DNA of 64,000 nt, from positions 245,405-309,404 of the forward strand of contig JBCBUK010000004.1 of assembly GCA_039818205.1 (NCBI GenBank), given 5' to 3'. The notes beneath the pieces were generated by a model, which worked only from the letters and a program-made list of their open reading frames with translations, was not told where the DNA came from and ran no database searches. Position numbers and translations under genes: made by a program. Positions 1 to 9,766 of the stretch are shown here, one piece after another; the stretch's first letter is position 1; each line of letters opens with the position of its first letter. This stretch comes from Verrucomicrobiota bacterium (GTDB lineage: Bacteria > Verrucomicrobiota > Verrucomicrobiia > Opitutales > Cerasicoccaceae).

Positions 1-2
1 CG

Positions 3-365
3 ATCAAAGACCCAACAATGGCAAAAGCCTGTTTGAGTGCCCTGATGCTGCGCTTGGACTTTCTCGACGATTCGCATGAGATTAGCCAGACGATCGATAC
101 TCCAACGGGGAGCTTTCTTCATGGGGTCATGCACCGCCGTGAGCCCGACTATGGAAACGCGAAGTATTGGTTTAGGCAAGTGGGTGCGCATCCAGTTTTG
201 GATCAGCTTGCGGAGGAGTTTCCGGGATTTGAAGCGATTGCCTTTGTGGACCGCGTAGCTAATGTGATCGAAACGGGCACCGAGGAAGAATCAGCGTGCC
301 AAGCAATTCAACAGCGCGAGTGGGAACTGCTCTTTGACTACTGCTATGAGCAAGCCGTTGGCTAG
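3..365 (+). CDS. Conserved hypothetical protein, 5'-partial
   Basis: Frame is open to the window edge (IKDPT precedes the ATG at 18). Contains [18 protein letters not shown] and ends EWELLFDYC, a pattern I recognise from an uncharacterised bacterial family. Confidence 0.75.
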   Translation: MKDPTMAKACLSALMLRLDFLDDSHEISQTIDTPTGSFLHGVMHRREPDYGNAKYWFRQVGAHPVLDQLAEEFPGFEAIAFVDRVANVIETGTEEESACQAIQQREWELLFDYCYEQAVG

Positions 366-377
366 GCGTCGACTTGC

Positions 378-908
378 TTACTCAGGCGTTTTGATGTTGG
401 AATCGGCGGGATTGTAACCACGGGCCTTCACGTATTCTGTGACTTTGGCGAGGTCGATTTTGTCGCCCGGGCGGACCCGGTTTTCGGTGAACCAGCGAAA
501 GTCCATTTCCAGGGCATATTGAATATTTTCGTTCCGCGATCTCACGGGGTTTTCGTCGTGCGCGTACATGTGATGAGTCTCGAGGATGACGCCGTCCGGG
601 TCGATATAGGCAATGTCGATTGGGAATTTGACGTTCTTCATCCAGAATCCGCGTGGCTCGGCTTTGGGAAAAATGAAGAGCATGCCTTCGTTCTCACCCA
701 GGCCGTTGCGATACATTAGGCCTTTCATCTGTTCGTCTCGATTCACGGCGAGCTGCACCTTGATCTCCTGTCCGCCGACACTGAGCGGATAATAGGTCGA
801 GGCCGGGTCGGGATTGGCCACAGTCGCTGCTGAACCGTCGTCGGACTGACAGGCGGTGGCGAAGGCCAAAAGCAACAGGAGGAAGGGGAGAACGCGGATC
901 ATATCCAT
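378..908 (-). CDS. DUF192-family protein, probable lipoprotein
   Basis: Lipobox-like FATAC; motifs KGLMYR, GMLFIF, FWMKN..FPIDIAYID, YALE. Start may be the second ATG at 902. Confidence 0.9.
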   Translation of the reverse strand: MDMIRVLPFLLLLLAFATACQSDDGSAATVANPDPASTYYPLSVGGQEIKVQLAVNRDEQMKGLMYRNGLGENEGMLFIFPKAEPRGFWMKNVKFPIDIAYIDPDGVILETHHMYAHDENPVRSRNENIQYALEMDFRWFTENRVRPGDKIDLAKVTEYVKARGYNPADSNIKTPE

Positions 909-969
909 GGGATTAAGAGAACAAGGCGATGCTTGCCAATGCGAAAGTCAGAGTCCTTCATGGCTTGCA

Positions 970-1524
970 ATGAACAAAGCACTCTTTCTCGATCGCGATG
1001 GCACCCTCAATTACGACGTGCATCACCTGCACGACCCCGACGAGCTGGTTGTGGTTTCGGGTGCGCGCGACGCCCTGATTCAGGCTCGGGAGCTCGGCTT
1101 TCGCTTTTACCTGGTAACGAATCAGAGTGGTGTCGGTCGCGGTTACTTTACCATGGAGGACGTCTATGCCTGCAATGCTCGCCTCTTGGAGCTTCTTGAT
1201 TTGGGCGAAGATCTGTTTGATGGTATCATCATTGCGCCTGAGCGTCCGGATCAACCCAGTGAGTATCGCAAGCCGTCACCGAAATTTCTCCAGGAGATGA
1301 TTGCGCGGGATAATCTGGATCCCTCAGCGAGTTACATGTTGGGCGACCGCTGGAGCGATTGGCAATGTGGCATTAATGCCTCCGTCAATCCGGTGGCATT
1401 GCGGACGGGTAAAGAGCTCGACGAGCAGGCAATGGATCTGGTCAACGAGCATGATATCCCAGTATACGATTCAATCGTGGAGTTCATGAATGAGCTGTCG
1501 GCGAAACTAACTGAGCAGGCTTAG
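970..1524 (+). CDS. gmhB: HAD-IIIA phosphatase, GmhB/histidinol-phosphatase type
   Basis: ALFLDRDGTLN, VTNQSGVGRG, RKPSP, MLGDRWSD. Start moved to ATG 970 to avoid overlap with the divergent gene. Confidence 0.8.
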   Translation: MNKALFLDRDGTLNYDVHHLHDPDELVVVSGARDALIQARELGFRFYLVTNQSGVGRGYFTMEDVYACNARLLELLDLGEDLFDGIIIAPERPDQPSEYRKPSPKFLQEMIARDNLDPSASYMLGDRWSDWQCGINASVNPVALRTGKELDEQAMDLVNEHDIPVYDSIVEFMNELSAKLTEQA

Positions 1525-1531
1525 CGGCTGG

Positions 1532-2314
1532 ATGAGTGACTATTACACACGTTTCGGTGGGATTGGCCGACTCTATGGTGCAGCTGGGTTGGAGCGCCTG
1601 CGCAGTGCCCATGCCTGTGTGGTTGGAGTAGGCGGGGTTGGGTCGTGGTCGGTTGAGGCCTTAGCCCGCACAGGAATTGGCCGCATTACGATGATCGATC
1701 TTGATGACGTTTGCCTGAGCAACGTCAATCGGCAGCTGCCGGCGCTTGATGGCGAGGTCGGCAAACTCAAAGTCGATGTACTTGCTGAAAGAACTCGTGC
1801 GATCAATCCCGAGTGTGAGGTTTACCCAATTTCAACGTTCTTTACGGACTCCTCCGCAGAGCGCTTGCTGGGAATGGGCTTCGACGTTGTGATCGATGCA
1901 ATTGACTCCGTCGCCAACAAGTGCCGGTTGATTGCGGATTGCCGGCGCAAAGAAATTCCCTTGGTAACGGTTGGCGGTGCTGGTGGGCGACGCAATCCGG
2001 CCGCCGTAAAGGTCGAAGATTTATCACGAACGATTGGCGACCCGCTGTTGGCGAAAGTACGCAAACAGTTGCGACGCGATCATGATTTCCCCCGTGAGCG
2101 TCGTTGGAAGTTCAAAATTCCGTGCGTTTACTCGGACGAGCCGCCGGTTTTCCCTTGGGGTGATGGCACGGTTTGCGCTACGAAAGAGGAGGGCGCCGAG
2201 CTACGTTTGAACTGTGATCAAGGCTTTGGCACGGCAAGTTTCGTTACTGGAGCCATGGGTTTTTCCACGGCGGCTGTCGCGGTTGATTTGCTGTTGGATC
2301 GCGCCAGCTACTAA
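1532..2314 (+). CDS. tcdA: tRNA threonylcarbamoyladenosine dehydratase (ThiF/E1-like)
   Basis: RFGGIGRLYG, GVGGVGSW..EALARTG, SNVNRQ, DPLLAKVR, LNCDQGFG. Confidence 0.92.
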   Translation: MSDYYTRFGGIGRLYGAAGLERLRSAHACVVGVGGVGSWSVEALARTGIGRITMIDLDDVCLSNVNRQLPALDGEVGKLKVDVLAERTRAINPECEVYPISTFFTDSSAERLLGMGFDVVIDAIDSVANKCRLIADCRRKEIPLVTVGGAGGRRNPAAVKVEDLSRTIGDPLLAKVRKQLRRDHDFPRERRWKFKIPCVYSDEPPVFPWGDGTVCATKEEGAELRLNCDQGFGTASFVTGAMGFSTAAVAVDLLLDRASY

Positions 2315-3144
2315 CGGTCCTCAATAAAGAAGCGCTGGAAGTTAGTCTCAACCAGTTGGGCCAAGTCGGCTTGCTCGATTCCTGTGACCTCAGCGATCGC
2401 CTGATAAGCAGCATTGATGTTGGCTGGATGGTGCAGAGACTCGCCGTCGGGTGCGTGAACAAAACTGACTTTGCCGGGCAAAGTAAATCGCTGCCAGTCA
2501 TCGGGTGGCAACATATCCGGGCAATCAGTTTCAACTAGCAAACGGTCGAGTGGAACTTGCATCAGCGCATCGCGGTGACGCTTTTTGCGGTCATGCATAA
2601 CGTAGGCGGAAAAGCTGAAATAGGCACCGAGATTCGCCAGCTCGCGCACCATTTCCGTCGATCCATTATAGCCGTGTAGATGAAAGCCACGTGCCGGGAT
2701 CGGGCAGCTTACGAGGGTCTCTTTTAGCGGCCCCCAGGCCTGTAAACAGTGGATGGATATCGGGCGGTTCTCCTGTGCGGCGATGGCGAGCTGCGCCTCA
2801 AATGCCGCTTGTTGTCGTTGCAAGTCGTGCCCCTTGATCCAGCGATCAAGGCCGACTTCACCAACCAAAGCGTTGGGAAAACGATCCAGGTATGTTCGCA
2901 GTCGTTCGAGCCAGTTGTCGGGCGCATCGTTGATGTGCCAAGGATGAAGACCAAAGGCTGGTATGACCCGTGGGTCTCGTTCTGCTAAACTGGCAACAGC
3001 GTCCCAGTCGTCGGGGTGAGTTCCGTTTACGACAGCTCGTTGCACATCGATCGATTCTAAGTCCGCCGCAATCTGCGTCGCATGGGACAACAGCCGGCTA
3101 TCATGCCAGTGACAATGGGCGTCGTAGAAAGAGTGCTCGGCCAT
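2311..3144 (-). CDS. TatD-family hydrolase
   Basis: DAHCH, FGLHPW, GEVGLD, SIHC, LLVETDCPD. Confidence 0.92.
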   Translation of the reverse strand: MAEHSFYDAHCHWHDSRLLSHATQIAADLESIDVQRAVVNGTHPDDWDAVASLAERDPRVIPAFGLHPWHINDAPDNWLERLRTYLDRFPNALVGEVGLDRWIKGHDLQRQQAAFEAQLAIAAQENRPISIHCLQAWGPLKETLVSCPIPARGFHLHGYNGSTEMVRELANLGAYFSFSAYVMHDRKKRHRDALMQVPLDRLLVETDCPDMLPPDDWQRFTLPGKVSFVHAPDGESLHHPANINAAYQAIAEVTGIEQADLAQLVETNFQRFFIEDR

Positions 3145-3156
3145 TGCGGACTGTTT

Positions 3157-3618
3157 TTAGCCAGGTTCGGTGCCAGCCGCAAGGTCGTTGATTGTGCTCG
3201 GTGACTTCCTACGCGCTGGGCGAAACTCCAGGACGCGTCGATAGGTGCCCCAAATGCGATAGACATACACTGCGATTACCGCGCCCAGCACATCCGCAAT
3301 CCAATCGTCAAATTCCATATAGCGCCCCGGAGTCGTGCTTTGGTGGAGCTCATCGGCGAGGCCAAAAAGGGCGGTGAACGTAATGGCAAAAATAGTGCGT
3401 CGTGCCTTCGACCATTCTGGACTAAATGCTCGATAGCACGCGGTGGCGAGCAGGCCGAATACCAGCAAGTGTGCGAGCTTGTCGGACGTGAAAAATGAAT
3501 TGGGTAGGGCGACTGGATTCCCACCGGACGCAAAGGATATTGCCGCCATCAATGCTAGTGGCCACAGGAAGCCGAGCCACCGTCGGCGGCCATTTTTGTC
3601 TTTGTCTTCGCTGCTCAT
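3157..3618 (-). CDS. VanZ-family membrane protein
   Basis: DKLAH, DELHQSTTPGR, DWIAD. Start set at MSSEDK. Confidence 0.88.
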   Translation of the reverse strand: MSSEDKDKNGRRRWLGFLWPLALMAAISFASGGNPVALPNSFFTSDKLAHLLVFGLLATACYRAFSPEWSKARRTIFAITFTALFGLADELHQSTTPGRYMEFDDWIADVLGAVIAVYVYRIWGTYRRVLEFRPARRKSPSTINDLAAGTEPG

Positions 3619-3689
3619 GGTTCCCGTTCGTCGCGCTTCATTGAACTCAATTGGAAGTGTGGACAAGTCATTTCGCGGAAATGTTTCCA

Positions 3690-3718
3690 TTGATCGGCCT
3701 TAATTCCCTGCTTAGGTT
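3690..3718 (+). promoter_or_regulatory. Putative sigma70 promoter
   Basis: TTGATC-N17-TAGGTT, ending 9 nt before ATG 3728. Confidence 0.45.
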
Positions 3719-3727
3719 TTTGAGATC

Positions 3728-5425
3728 ATGCGGCGAATGTTGGGCGTTGGATTTTGCCTGGTGGCTCTTATTTTGGGAGTCGCGGGTTGGTTCATGCCCG
3801 CCTATCTGGATGCGGTGGCGCCCTTCGTCCTTCAAGAAGCTGGCTTGCCTGGTCCGCGCCCGATGGCGGCAGCCGAACAATTTTTGGATGAGGGTAAAGC
3901 TGGCCCGGCCTGGCGCATGGAGCAGGCAGTGCGTCCATTGCGAGACCCAAATGGGGTTGAGCTCGTGCCGGGCGAAGACGATCGACTCAACCAGCGGCTC
4001 GCTCAGTTCATTGCCGATCACCCGGAGGATCGCCTGATCGGTAGCGCCGAGGCCTACGGTCAACAGTTTCTTAACCTGGCGCCTCGCCGACCATCGCTGC
4101 CCGAAGGGATCGCTCCGACGCCGTTCATGCATTTGCTATCCCATGAGGACAATCGCCATGCCCTAAAGAGCCTGTTGAGCGGTTCGCGCAATCAGAATGT
4201 ACAAGATGTATTGGCGACGTTGAATCTGACTGGCGTCCGCAAGTTTATGCCCGTGCAATCCGCAGCGGGCGCGCCGCTTGAGTCGTCTATTTTGACGACA
4301 GCGCTATTGATTCAAAGTGGCTATATGAGCCCTGAGTTTGCGCGAGGAGTCGCTCAAATGGGTCAACATGCCAATGGTGGCGATGCGGCGGCGATCAGTC
4401 GACTGGAGGCCTTTTACCTCTCGGTGTTGGGTGCGGCACAGCGTTTGGATTGGGCGTCATTGGGGATGTGGACACAGATGGCCCAAGATCCGCTCAGCTT
4501 TATGCGGGTAACCACGCTCCTGCGGCAAAGTGGTGACCGCGAAAGCCTGGTTTTTGCCATTGCCTGCCTTAGCCAGCGTCCAGATTGGCTCGCAGATTAT
4601 TATGAAAATTTTGGCAACGACGGATGGCCTGATTTGGAACGGGCGTTCTTGTGGGGGACTGGTCCATTGAATTACCTGCTCGAGTTGCAACTGCCGCTTT
4701 ATCGCGGGCCTGCAATTGGTCGCGCGAGCGTTAAGGAGACCCCCTTGTCGCAAGGCAGCGCGGGGCAGGTGTTGGCTTACTTTTGCGCCGAACGCCGACT
4801 CGTGGCACTTGGCCTGAAGTTTTTCCTGCTACTGATTGCTGGCGTGTTTCTAGCCAGCGGAATGAAGAAAATCTTTGCGTCGCTGAGCGATCCGGCTTCG
4901 ACCACCGGAACCATGGCTTGGCTGCAGAATTGCTCCTTGGGTGTCCTGGTGTTGCTTGTCATCGTATCCTGGCAGGAGCCCCAACTATTTGCCCAACCGG
5001 TGACTGAGCCCGGCGTCTTGTTTTTAGAATTTGAATTACCGGCCGCACAGGCCACAGTGGAGTCCGAAACCATGCCAAACGCATCCCTCGATCAACAAAC
5101 CGTTCTTGTCCTGCTCATCTTTTTTATGGTGCAGCTGGTGATCTACGTTGTCTGCCTGGTTAAGGTGAGCTCAGTCAAACGTGCGCCTGTTTCTGCCGAG
5201 ACGCGCATCAACCTCCTTGAGAATGAGGAACCGTTGTTTGATCTGGGACTCTATGTTGGCCTGGCCGGAACAGTCATCTCGTTGCTGATGCTGGCGATGG
5301 GGGTTGTCCAGGCGAGTTTGGTGTCGGCCTATGCTTCGACGCTCTTTGGGATCATTTTCGTAGCGATGCTTAAGATCCTGCACGTTCGTCCGCTGAAGCA
5401 TAAGCTGATTCTGGAAAACCGTTAG
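3728..5425 (+). CDS. Membrane protein with large helical periplasmic domain and C-terminal MotA/TolQ/ExbB-like segment
   Basis: 565 aa; N-terminal hydrophobic anchor and about 5 C-terminal TM stretches. GLYVGLAGTV...AYASTLFG resembles ExbB/TolQ TM2-TM3. Confidence 0.65.
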   Translation: MRRMLGVGFCLVALILGVAGWFMPAYLDAVAPFVLQEAGLPGPRPMAAAEQFLDEGKAGPAWRMEQAVRPLRDPNGVELVPGEDDRLNQRLAQFIADHPEDRLIGSAEAYGQQFLNLAPRRPSLPEGIAPTPFMHLLSHEDNRHALKSLLSGSRNQNVQDVLATLNLTGVRKFMPVQSAAGAPLESSILTTALLIQSGYMSPEFARGVAQMGQHANGGDAAAISRLEAFYLSVLGAAQRLDWASLGMWTQMAQDPLSFMRVTTLLRQSGDRESLVFAIACLSQRPDWLADYYENFGNDGWPDLERAFLWGTGPLNYLLELQLPLYRGPAIGRASVKETPLSQGSAGQVLAYFCAERRLVALGLKFFLLLIAGVFLASGMKKIFASLSDPASTTGTMAWLQNCSLGVLVLLVIVSWQEPQLFAQPVTEPGVLFLEFELPAAQATVESETMPNASLDQQTVLVLLIFFMVQLVIYVVCLVKVSSVKRAPVSAETRINLLENEEPLFDLGLYVGLAGTVISLLMLAMGVVQASLVSAYASTLFGIIFVAMLKILHVRPLKHKLILENR

Positions 5426-5445
5426 GGTCGTCGGTTTGACTCTTA

Positions 5446-6231
5446 ATGGGTCCTGGATTTTATATTACCGTGAGATTGTTCTATATCTTAGGCGCACTAT
5501 TGGCGGCCCTTTCGGTCTCGGCCGAGGACCGACCGACCGTGGTTTTGATTCATGGTTTGGCGGCATCGGGCGCAAATATGTGGCACATCGAGGAGACGCT
5601 GGATGCGGAGGGATATCGAGTGCTCAATGTCGAGTATCCTTCGATGTCCTATTCCTTGGAAGAGCTTGCCCCTGCGATTCGTGCCGTAGTCGACGAGTAT
5701 GTGGGCGACGCGCCGAAGATTCATTTCGTGACTCACTCAATGGGGGGGATCCTGTTGCGGATGATTCAGCGCGATGATCCGATCGAGCAAATAGGCCGAG
5801 TGGTCATGTTGGCTCCCCCGAACCATGGCAGCTATGCGGTCAACGTATTCGAAGGTATCGAGCCCTTTGAGTCGGCCATTGGCCCAGCCGGCTTGGCCCT
5901 GCGAGATGGGGACAACGCCTTCCTGGAGCACCTGGGAACGCCCGATTTCGAATTTGGCGTGCTAGCCGGAAGTCGGGGAGTCGATCCAATCTTTTCTACG
6001 ATGATTCCGGGTCCGGATGACGGCGTGGTCTCGGTCGAAAGCACCAAGCTTGAGGGGATGTCGGATTTTAAGGTGATTCACGTAAGCCATCCGATGATCG
6101 TGATTGATGCGGAGGCGATGGACAATATCGTCGCCTTTCTGCAGACGGGAGAATTCCTTGAGCAAACGAAGGACCGATCCGCTGAACACTCCTGGCGGCG
6201 GCAAATGCAACACCGTCCACGCTTGCCGTAG
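5446..6231 (+). CDS. Secreted alpha/beta hydrolase (lipase/esterase)
   Basis: Signal peptide; VVLIHGL, THSMGG nucleophile elbow, LAPPNHGS, DDGVV, catalytic His in VSH. Confidence 0.88.
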   Translation: MGPGFYITVRLFYILGALLAALSVSAEDRPTVVLIHGLAASGANMWHIEETLDAEGYRVLNVEYPSMSYSLEELAPAIRAVVDEYVGDAPKIHFVTHSMGGILLRMIQRDDPIEQIGRVVMLAPPNHGSYAVNVFEGIEPFESAIGPAGLALRDGDNAFLEHLGTPDFEFGVLAGSRGVDPIFSTMIPGPDDGVVSVESTKLEGMSDFKVIHVSHPMIVIDAEAMDNIVAFLQTGEFLEQTKDRSAEHSWRRQMQHRPRLP

Positions 6232-6290
6232 GGAGCTCATTTGCGTCGTTTTTGGCTTTCGTTAAATCGGACTTCTTGCATGATACTTTT

Positions 6291-6947
6291 ATGTCTCTGC
6301 GATTCTCCGAAGAAATTCTGCTCCTAGCGCTCGATGATGAAACCGGCAAACTTCATCCGGTTCCGGAGGGTTCGCTGCGGCTGGCAATAGCGGGTGGATT
6401 GATCCTCGAGCTCGCCTTTAAGGGGGCAGTCGACACAGACGATAAGAATTTGCAGGTGTTGTCACGGGAGTCCGTTGGAGATCCGCTTCTAGATGATGCG
6501 TTGGCAAAAATTCCTGAAGAGAGTCCGCTTAGCATACAAAGAGCGCTTAACGCCGTGTCCGCCGAAGGTGACGAATGGCGCAAGCGATTGTTCGAGGGCT
6601 TGATTGAGCGCGGAGTCCTGCAGCAGGAAGAGCATCGTTACCTTTTCGTTCTTAAAGAACGTCGCTATCCGGTTGTTAATGATCAGGAGGAGCAGGAAGT
6701 TCTTTCCCGAATCCGTAGCGTGGTACTCGATGATTCCACGATCCCAGACCCGAGGGATATTGTAATCGTGTGTCTGATGGACGCCTGCGATCTCAGCAAC
6801 GTTGTGTTTTCCGAAGACGAGTTGGCCCAACACAAGGAGCGAATTGAGCAGCTGGCGAAAATGGATTTTGTTGGCCAGGCGCTAACCAAGGCAGTTAATC
6901 AAATCCAGCAAGCATTACTCGAGGTAATGGCCTACTCAGGAATGTAG
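6291..6947 (+). CDS. GPP34 (GOLPH3/Vps74) family protein
   Basis: EEILLLALDDETG, AGGLILELA, GDPLLD, L.ERG.L, RRYP. Confidence 0.85.
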   Translation: MSLRFSEEILLLALDDETGKLHPVPEGSLRLAIAGGLILELAFKGAVDTDDKNLQVLSRESVGDPLLDDALAKIPEESPLSIQRALNAVSAEGDEWRKRLFEGLIERGVLQQEEHRYLFVLKERRYPVVNDQEEQEVLSRIRSVVLDDSTIPDPRDIVIVCLMDACDLSNVVFSEDELAQHKERIEQLAKMDFVGQALTKAVNQIQQALLEVMAYSGM

Positions 6948-6953
6948 TTCCTG

Positions 6954-7373
6954 CTAAGTGCTGCGCGTTGTATCGGCGACGAGCAGTCGAACAATGTTCG
7001 AGTTGTTGGGAGGGGTGAACCCTTCAGAACGGAGGTCGTAGTATTCTTTGGCGATTTCTTTTTGCTCAAGGCGAAGGGCCGCCATCTGGGCTTCAATCTT
7101 CATCCGGCGACGCTGTGACGTTCTAAATGACGCCGGCGGCAAACCGGAGCTGGGCAGATCATTGTATTTTTCAACGTCTGCTTGAACCTCGATCGCCTTT
7201 TTGCGGTAGTCGCTGATTCGTGACTGCAATTGCTCGGGCAGAGCATTGTAGAATTCCTGCAGTCGACGATTCGGATCGTAATCGACTGATTCAGTTTCAC
7301 TCGCCCAAGCTGGCATCGCTCCAACGAGCAATACAACGGCTAGTGCAATGAATGACTGATACATTTTTCTCAC
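6954..7373 (-). CDS. Hypothetical secreted protein, coiled-coil
   Basis: Signal peptide ending AWA; helical charged body; fills the gap. Start may be ATG 7364. Confidence 0.65.
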   Translation of the reverse strand: MRKMYQSFIALAVVLLVGAMPAWASETESVDYDPNRRLQEFYNALPEQLQSRISDYRKKAIEVQADVEKYNDLPSSGLPPASFRTSQRRRMKIEAQMAALRLEQKEIAKEYYDLRSEGFTPPNNSNIVRLLVADTTRST

Positions 7374-7565
7374 TATCCTATATATTATCGGAAAAAGGAC
7401 TCAGAATTCAAGCAGAGATCTCAGTATCCTAAGATATTTCAGAAGTAACTGAAATAAGGTGGTTTCCATTGCCAAAAGTCTCTCTTGGTGGGTCTGAAAG
7501 CGATTTTCAAGAAACGTCCTAGACAAAATCTTTCCAAACCACTAACGAGTGCTCTCTTACAAGTC

Positions 7566-8432
7566 ATGAAAGTTTACCTCAACGGAGAGTTTGTTGACCA
7601 GGCCGACGCCAAGGTCTCAGTTTTTGATCACGGTTTCCTCTACGGAGACGGAATTTTTGAAGGAATCCGCCTTTATGATGGAAATGTGTTCAAATTGGAT
7701 GAGCACCTGGAGCGTCTGGAATTCTCAGCGCAGGCGATCATGCTGGATCTACCCTGGACGCGGGCGGAAATCGCCGAGGCTGTTTGTGAGTCTTGCCGTG
7801 TCAACAACCTCAACAATGGCTATATCCGCCTGATCGTCAGCCGTGGGGTGGGTTCCCTGGGTCTGTCTCCGAAGAGCTGCGCCAACCCACAATTGATCAT
7901 CATCGCCGACCAGATTCAGCTTTACCCGCCGGAATTCTATACCGACGGCTTGAAAGTGATCACCGTGGCGACCCGGCGTTTGAATCCAGCGGCATTGCCG
8001 CCGATGATTAAAAGTCTCAACTATCTGAACAACATTCTTGCGAAGATCGAGGCTGGAAACCTTGGCTATGTTGAAGCCTTCATGCTGAACGATCAAGGCT
8101 ACGTGGCTGAGTGCACCGGCGACAATGTATTCATCGTCCAACACGGCAAAGTATTTACCCCGCCCGTCAGTGCTGGATCGCTGACTGGAATTACTCGTCA
8201 GGCGGTCATGGAGATTGTTCAAGAGCTTGATCTCGAATTGGTTGAGACAAATCTTACGCGTTACGATCTGTGGATTGCCAGCGAGTGCTTTTTAACTGGA
8301 ACCGCAGCGGAAGTCGTCCCTGTCGTCGAGATCGACGGCCGTGGAATCGGCAGCCGCGAGCCAGGAGAGATCACCAAAAAGGTGCTCGATGCCTTCCGTG
8401 CGCGCGTTTCGGTCGACGGAACGAAGATCTAG
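7566..8432 (+). CDS. ilvE: Branched-chain amino acid aminotransferase
   Basis: DHGFLYGDGIFEG, IKSLNYL (PLP Lys), ECTGDN, GITR, TGTAAE. Confidence 0.95.
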   Translation: MKVYLNGEFVDQADAKVSVFDHGFLYGDGIFEGIRLYDGNVFKLDEHLERLEFSAQAIMLDLPWTRAEIAEAVCESCRVNNLNNGYIRLIVSRGVGSLGLSPKSCANPQLIIIADQIQLYPPEFYTDGLKVITVATRRLNPAALPPMIKSLNYLNNILAKIEAGNLGYVEAFMLNDQGYVAECTGDNVFIVQHGKVFTPPVSAGSLTGITRQAVMEIVQELDLELVETNLTRYDLWIASECFLTGTAAEVVPVVEIDGRGIGSREPGEITKKVLDAFRARVSVDGTKI

Positions 8433-8544
8433 CGCCATAATGTCACACTTGGTGCCCGGTGAAAAATGGGCATTGAGGGTGATATCTATTATGCGTGGTA
8501 AGGTTTGACACCGCAAAATTATACTTTCACGCTCCAAGATTCTT

Positions 8545-9135
8545 ATGACCCTCACCCCTCGTATCTCTTTGCGTACACATCGCCGTCGCGCATCCGGTTT
8601 CACACTGGTGGAACTATTGGTGGTTATGGCGATCATTCTGATCCTTTCCGGAATTGTGATTGGTGTCTCTGGCGGCATCTCAGGCAAGCAGTCCCGCGCC
8701 CGAGCGGAAACGGAACTCGCGACCATTGCTGCTGCGCTGGAAGCCTATAGACTCCAGTATGGCGATTATCCGTGGGTTGGTGCCGATTCTGATGGTGCAG
8801 AGCTCTTCCGCCACCTAACTGGAGTGGTTCGCATGGAGCCAACTTCAACACCTGGGCAGCCTCGTATGGTTCGAGCTGAGAAGGTTTTCCTCGATGAGGC
8901 TACCGTAAAGGCATTTGGTGACGCATTTACCGATCCTTGGGGTCGGCCTTATGAGTTCTATTATAAGGAAGCTGGTTCCTGGGAAAACTGGCAGAATCCT
9001 GGATTCATTTTAATCTCGAAAGGGCCCGATGGTAAACCGGTCGGTCCGAGCTACTCCTCGAACAATGGCCATATCGATGCAGGTTTTTTCAGTGGCGAGA
9101 GGCAAGACAATCTCGTCTATGGTTTGGAATTCTAA
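8545..9135 (+). CDS. Type IV pilin/pseudopilin (GspG-like)
   Basis: SG|FTLVELLVV prepilin site; DPWGRPY and S.GPDG motifs. Confidence 0.9.
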   Translation: MTLTPRISLRTHRRRASGFTLVELLVVMAIILILSGIVIGVSGGISGKQSRARAETELATIAAALEAYRLQYGDYPWVGADSDGAELFRHLTGVVRMEPTSTPGQPRMVRAEKVFLDEATVKAFGDAFTDPWGRPYEFYYKEAGSWENWQNPGFILISKGPDGKPVGPSYSSNNGHIDAGFFSGERQDNLVYGLEF

Positions 9136-9153
9136 CTAATTAACTTATTTGTC

Positions 9154-9756
9154 ATGAAGTATCGTAATACCCCATCTCGCCGAGACGGTTTCACCCTGAT
9201 CGAACTACTTACCGTGGTTGCAATCATTGGAATTCTTGCCGGAATTTTGATTCCCGCCGTGGGCGGCGCCAAGAAGTCTGCTCTGAAAACACAGTCTCGC
9301 GCACAATTCTCGGGCTGGGCGACCGCGCTAGAGCAATACAAAGCTGAGTATGGCCACTATCCGACTATAGGTAGTCTCAGTACCGGTGGCACCCTTAACC
9401 TCAACACCAATGGTGAAGAATTTGTGAAGGCGCTTTCGGCTCGTGATGTCGACGGCCGTAGCCTCAGTGACGCTGATCGCCGCCGTTTGAATCGCAAAGG
9501 TATCTCTTTTTACTCGTTTGGCGATGCCGAGCTGACCGACGAGAATGGTGATCTGGACGATAGCGGTCGTCTCTATGATGCTTTCGGAAATTCAAATATC
9601 TTTGTCAAAGTGGACCACGACAACAATGGCATCGTACCGAAGAGTGGATTTCCTTCGGATGCCGGGAACGACGACCTGCGTGGGCGCGTGGCAATTTGGA
9701 CCGACGAAACCAACTCCACGATTGAAGATGGCGTCACCATTATGAGCTGGAAGTAG
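9154..9756 (+). CDS. Type IV pilin/pseudopilin (major-like)
   Basis: DG|FTLIELLTVVAIIGILAGILIP; YKAEYGHYP; DAFGN. Confidence 0.9.
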   Translation: MKYRNTPSRRDGFTLIELLTVVAIIGILAGILIPAVGGAKKSALKTQSRAQFSGWATALEQYKAEYGHYPTIGSLSTGGTLNLNTNGEEFVKALSARDVDGRSLSDADRRRLNRKGISFYSFGDAELTDENGDLDDSGRLYDAFGNSNIFVKVDHDNNGIVPKSGFPSDAGNDDLRGRVAIWTDETNSTIEDGVTIMSWK

Positions 9757-9766
9757 AAGTTGCCTT

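Noticed and set aside
2311..2314. 4-nt overlaps of convergent stops (also 51593-51596)
   Set aside because: Common in compact genomes; no evidence of a function.
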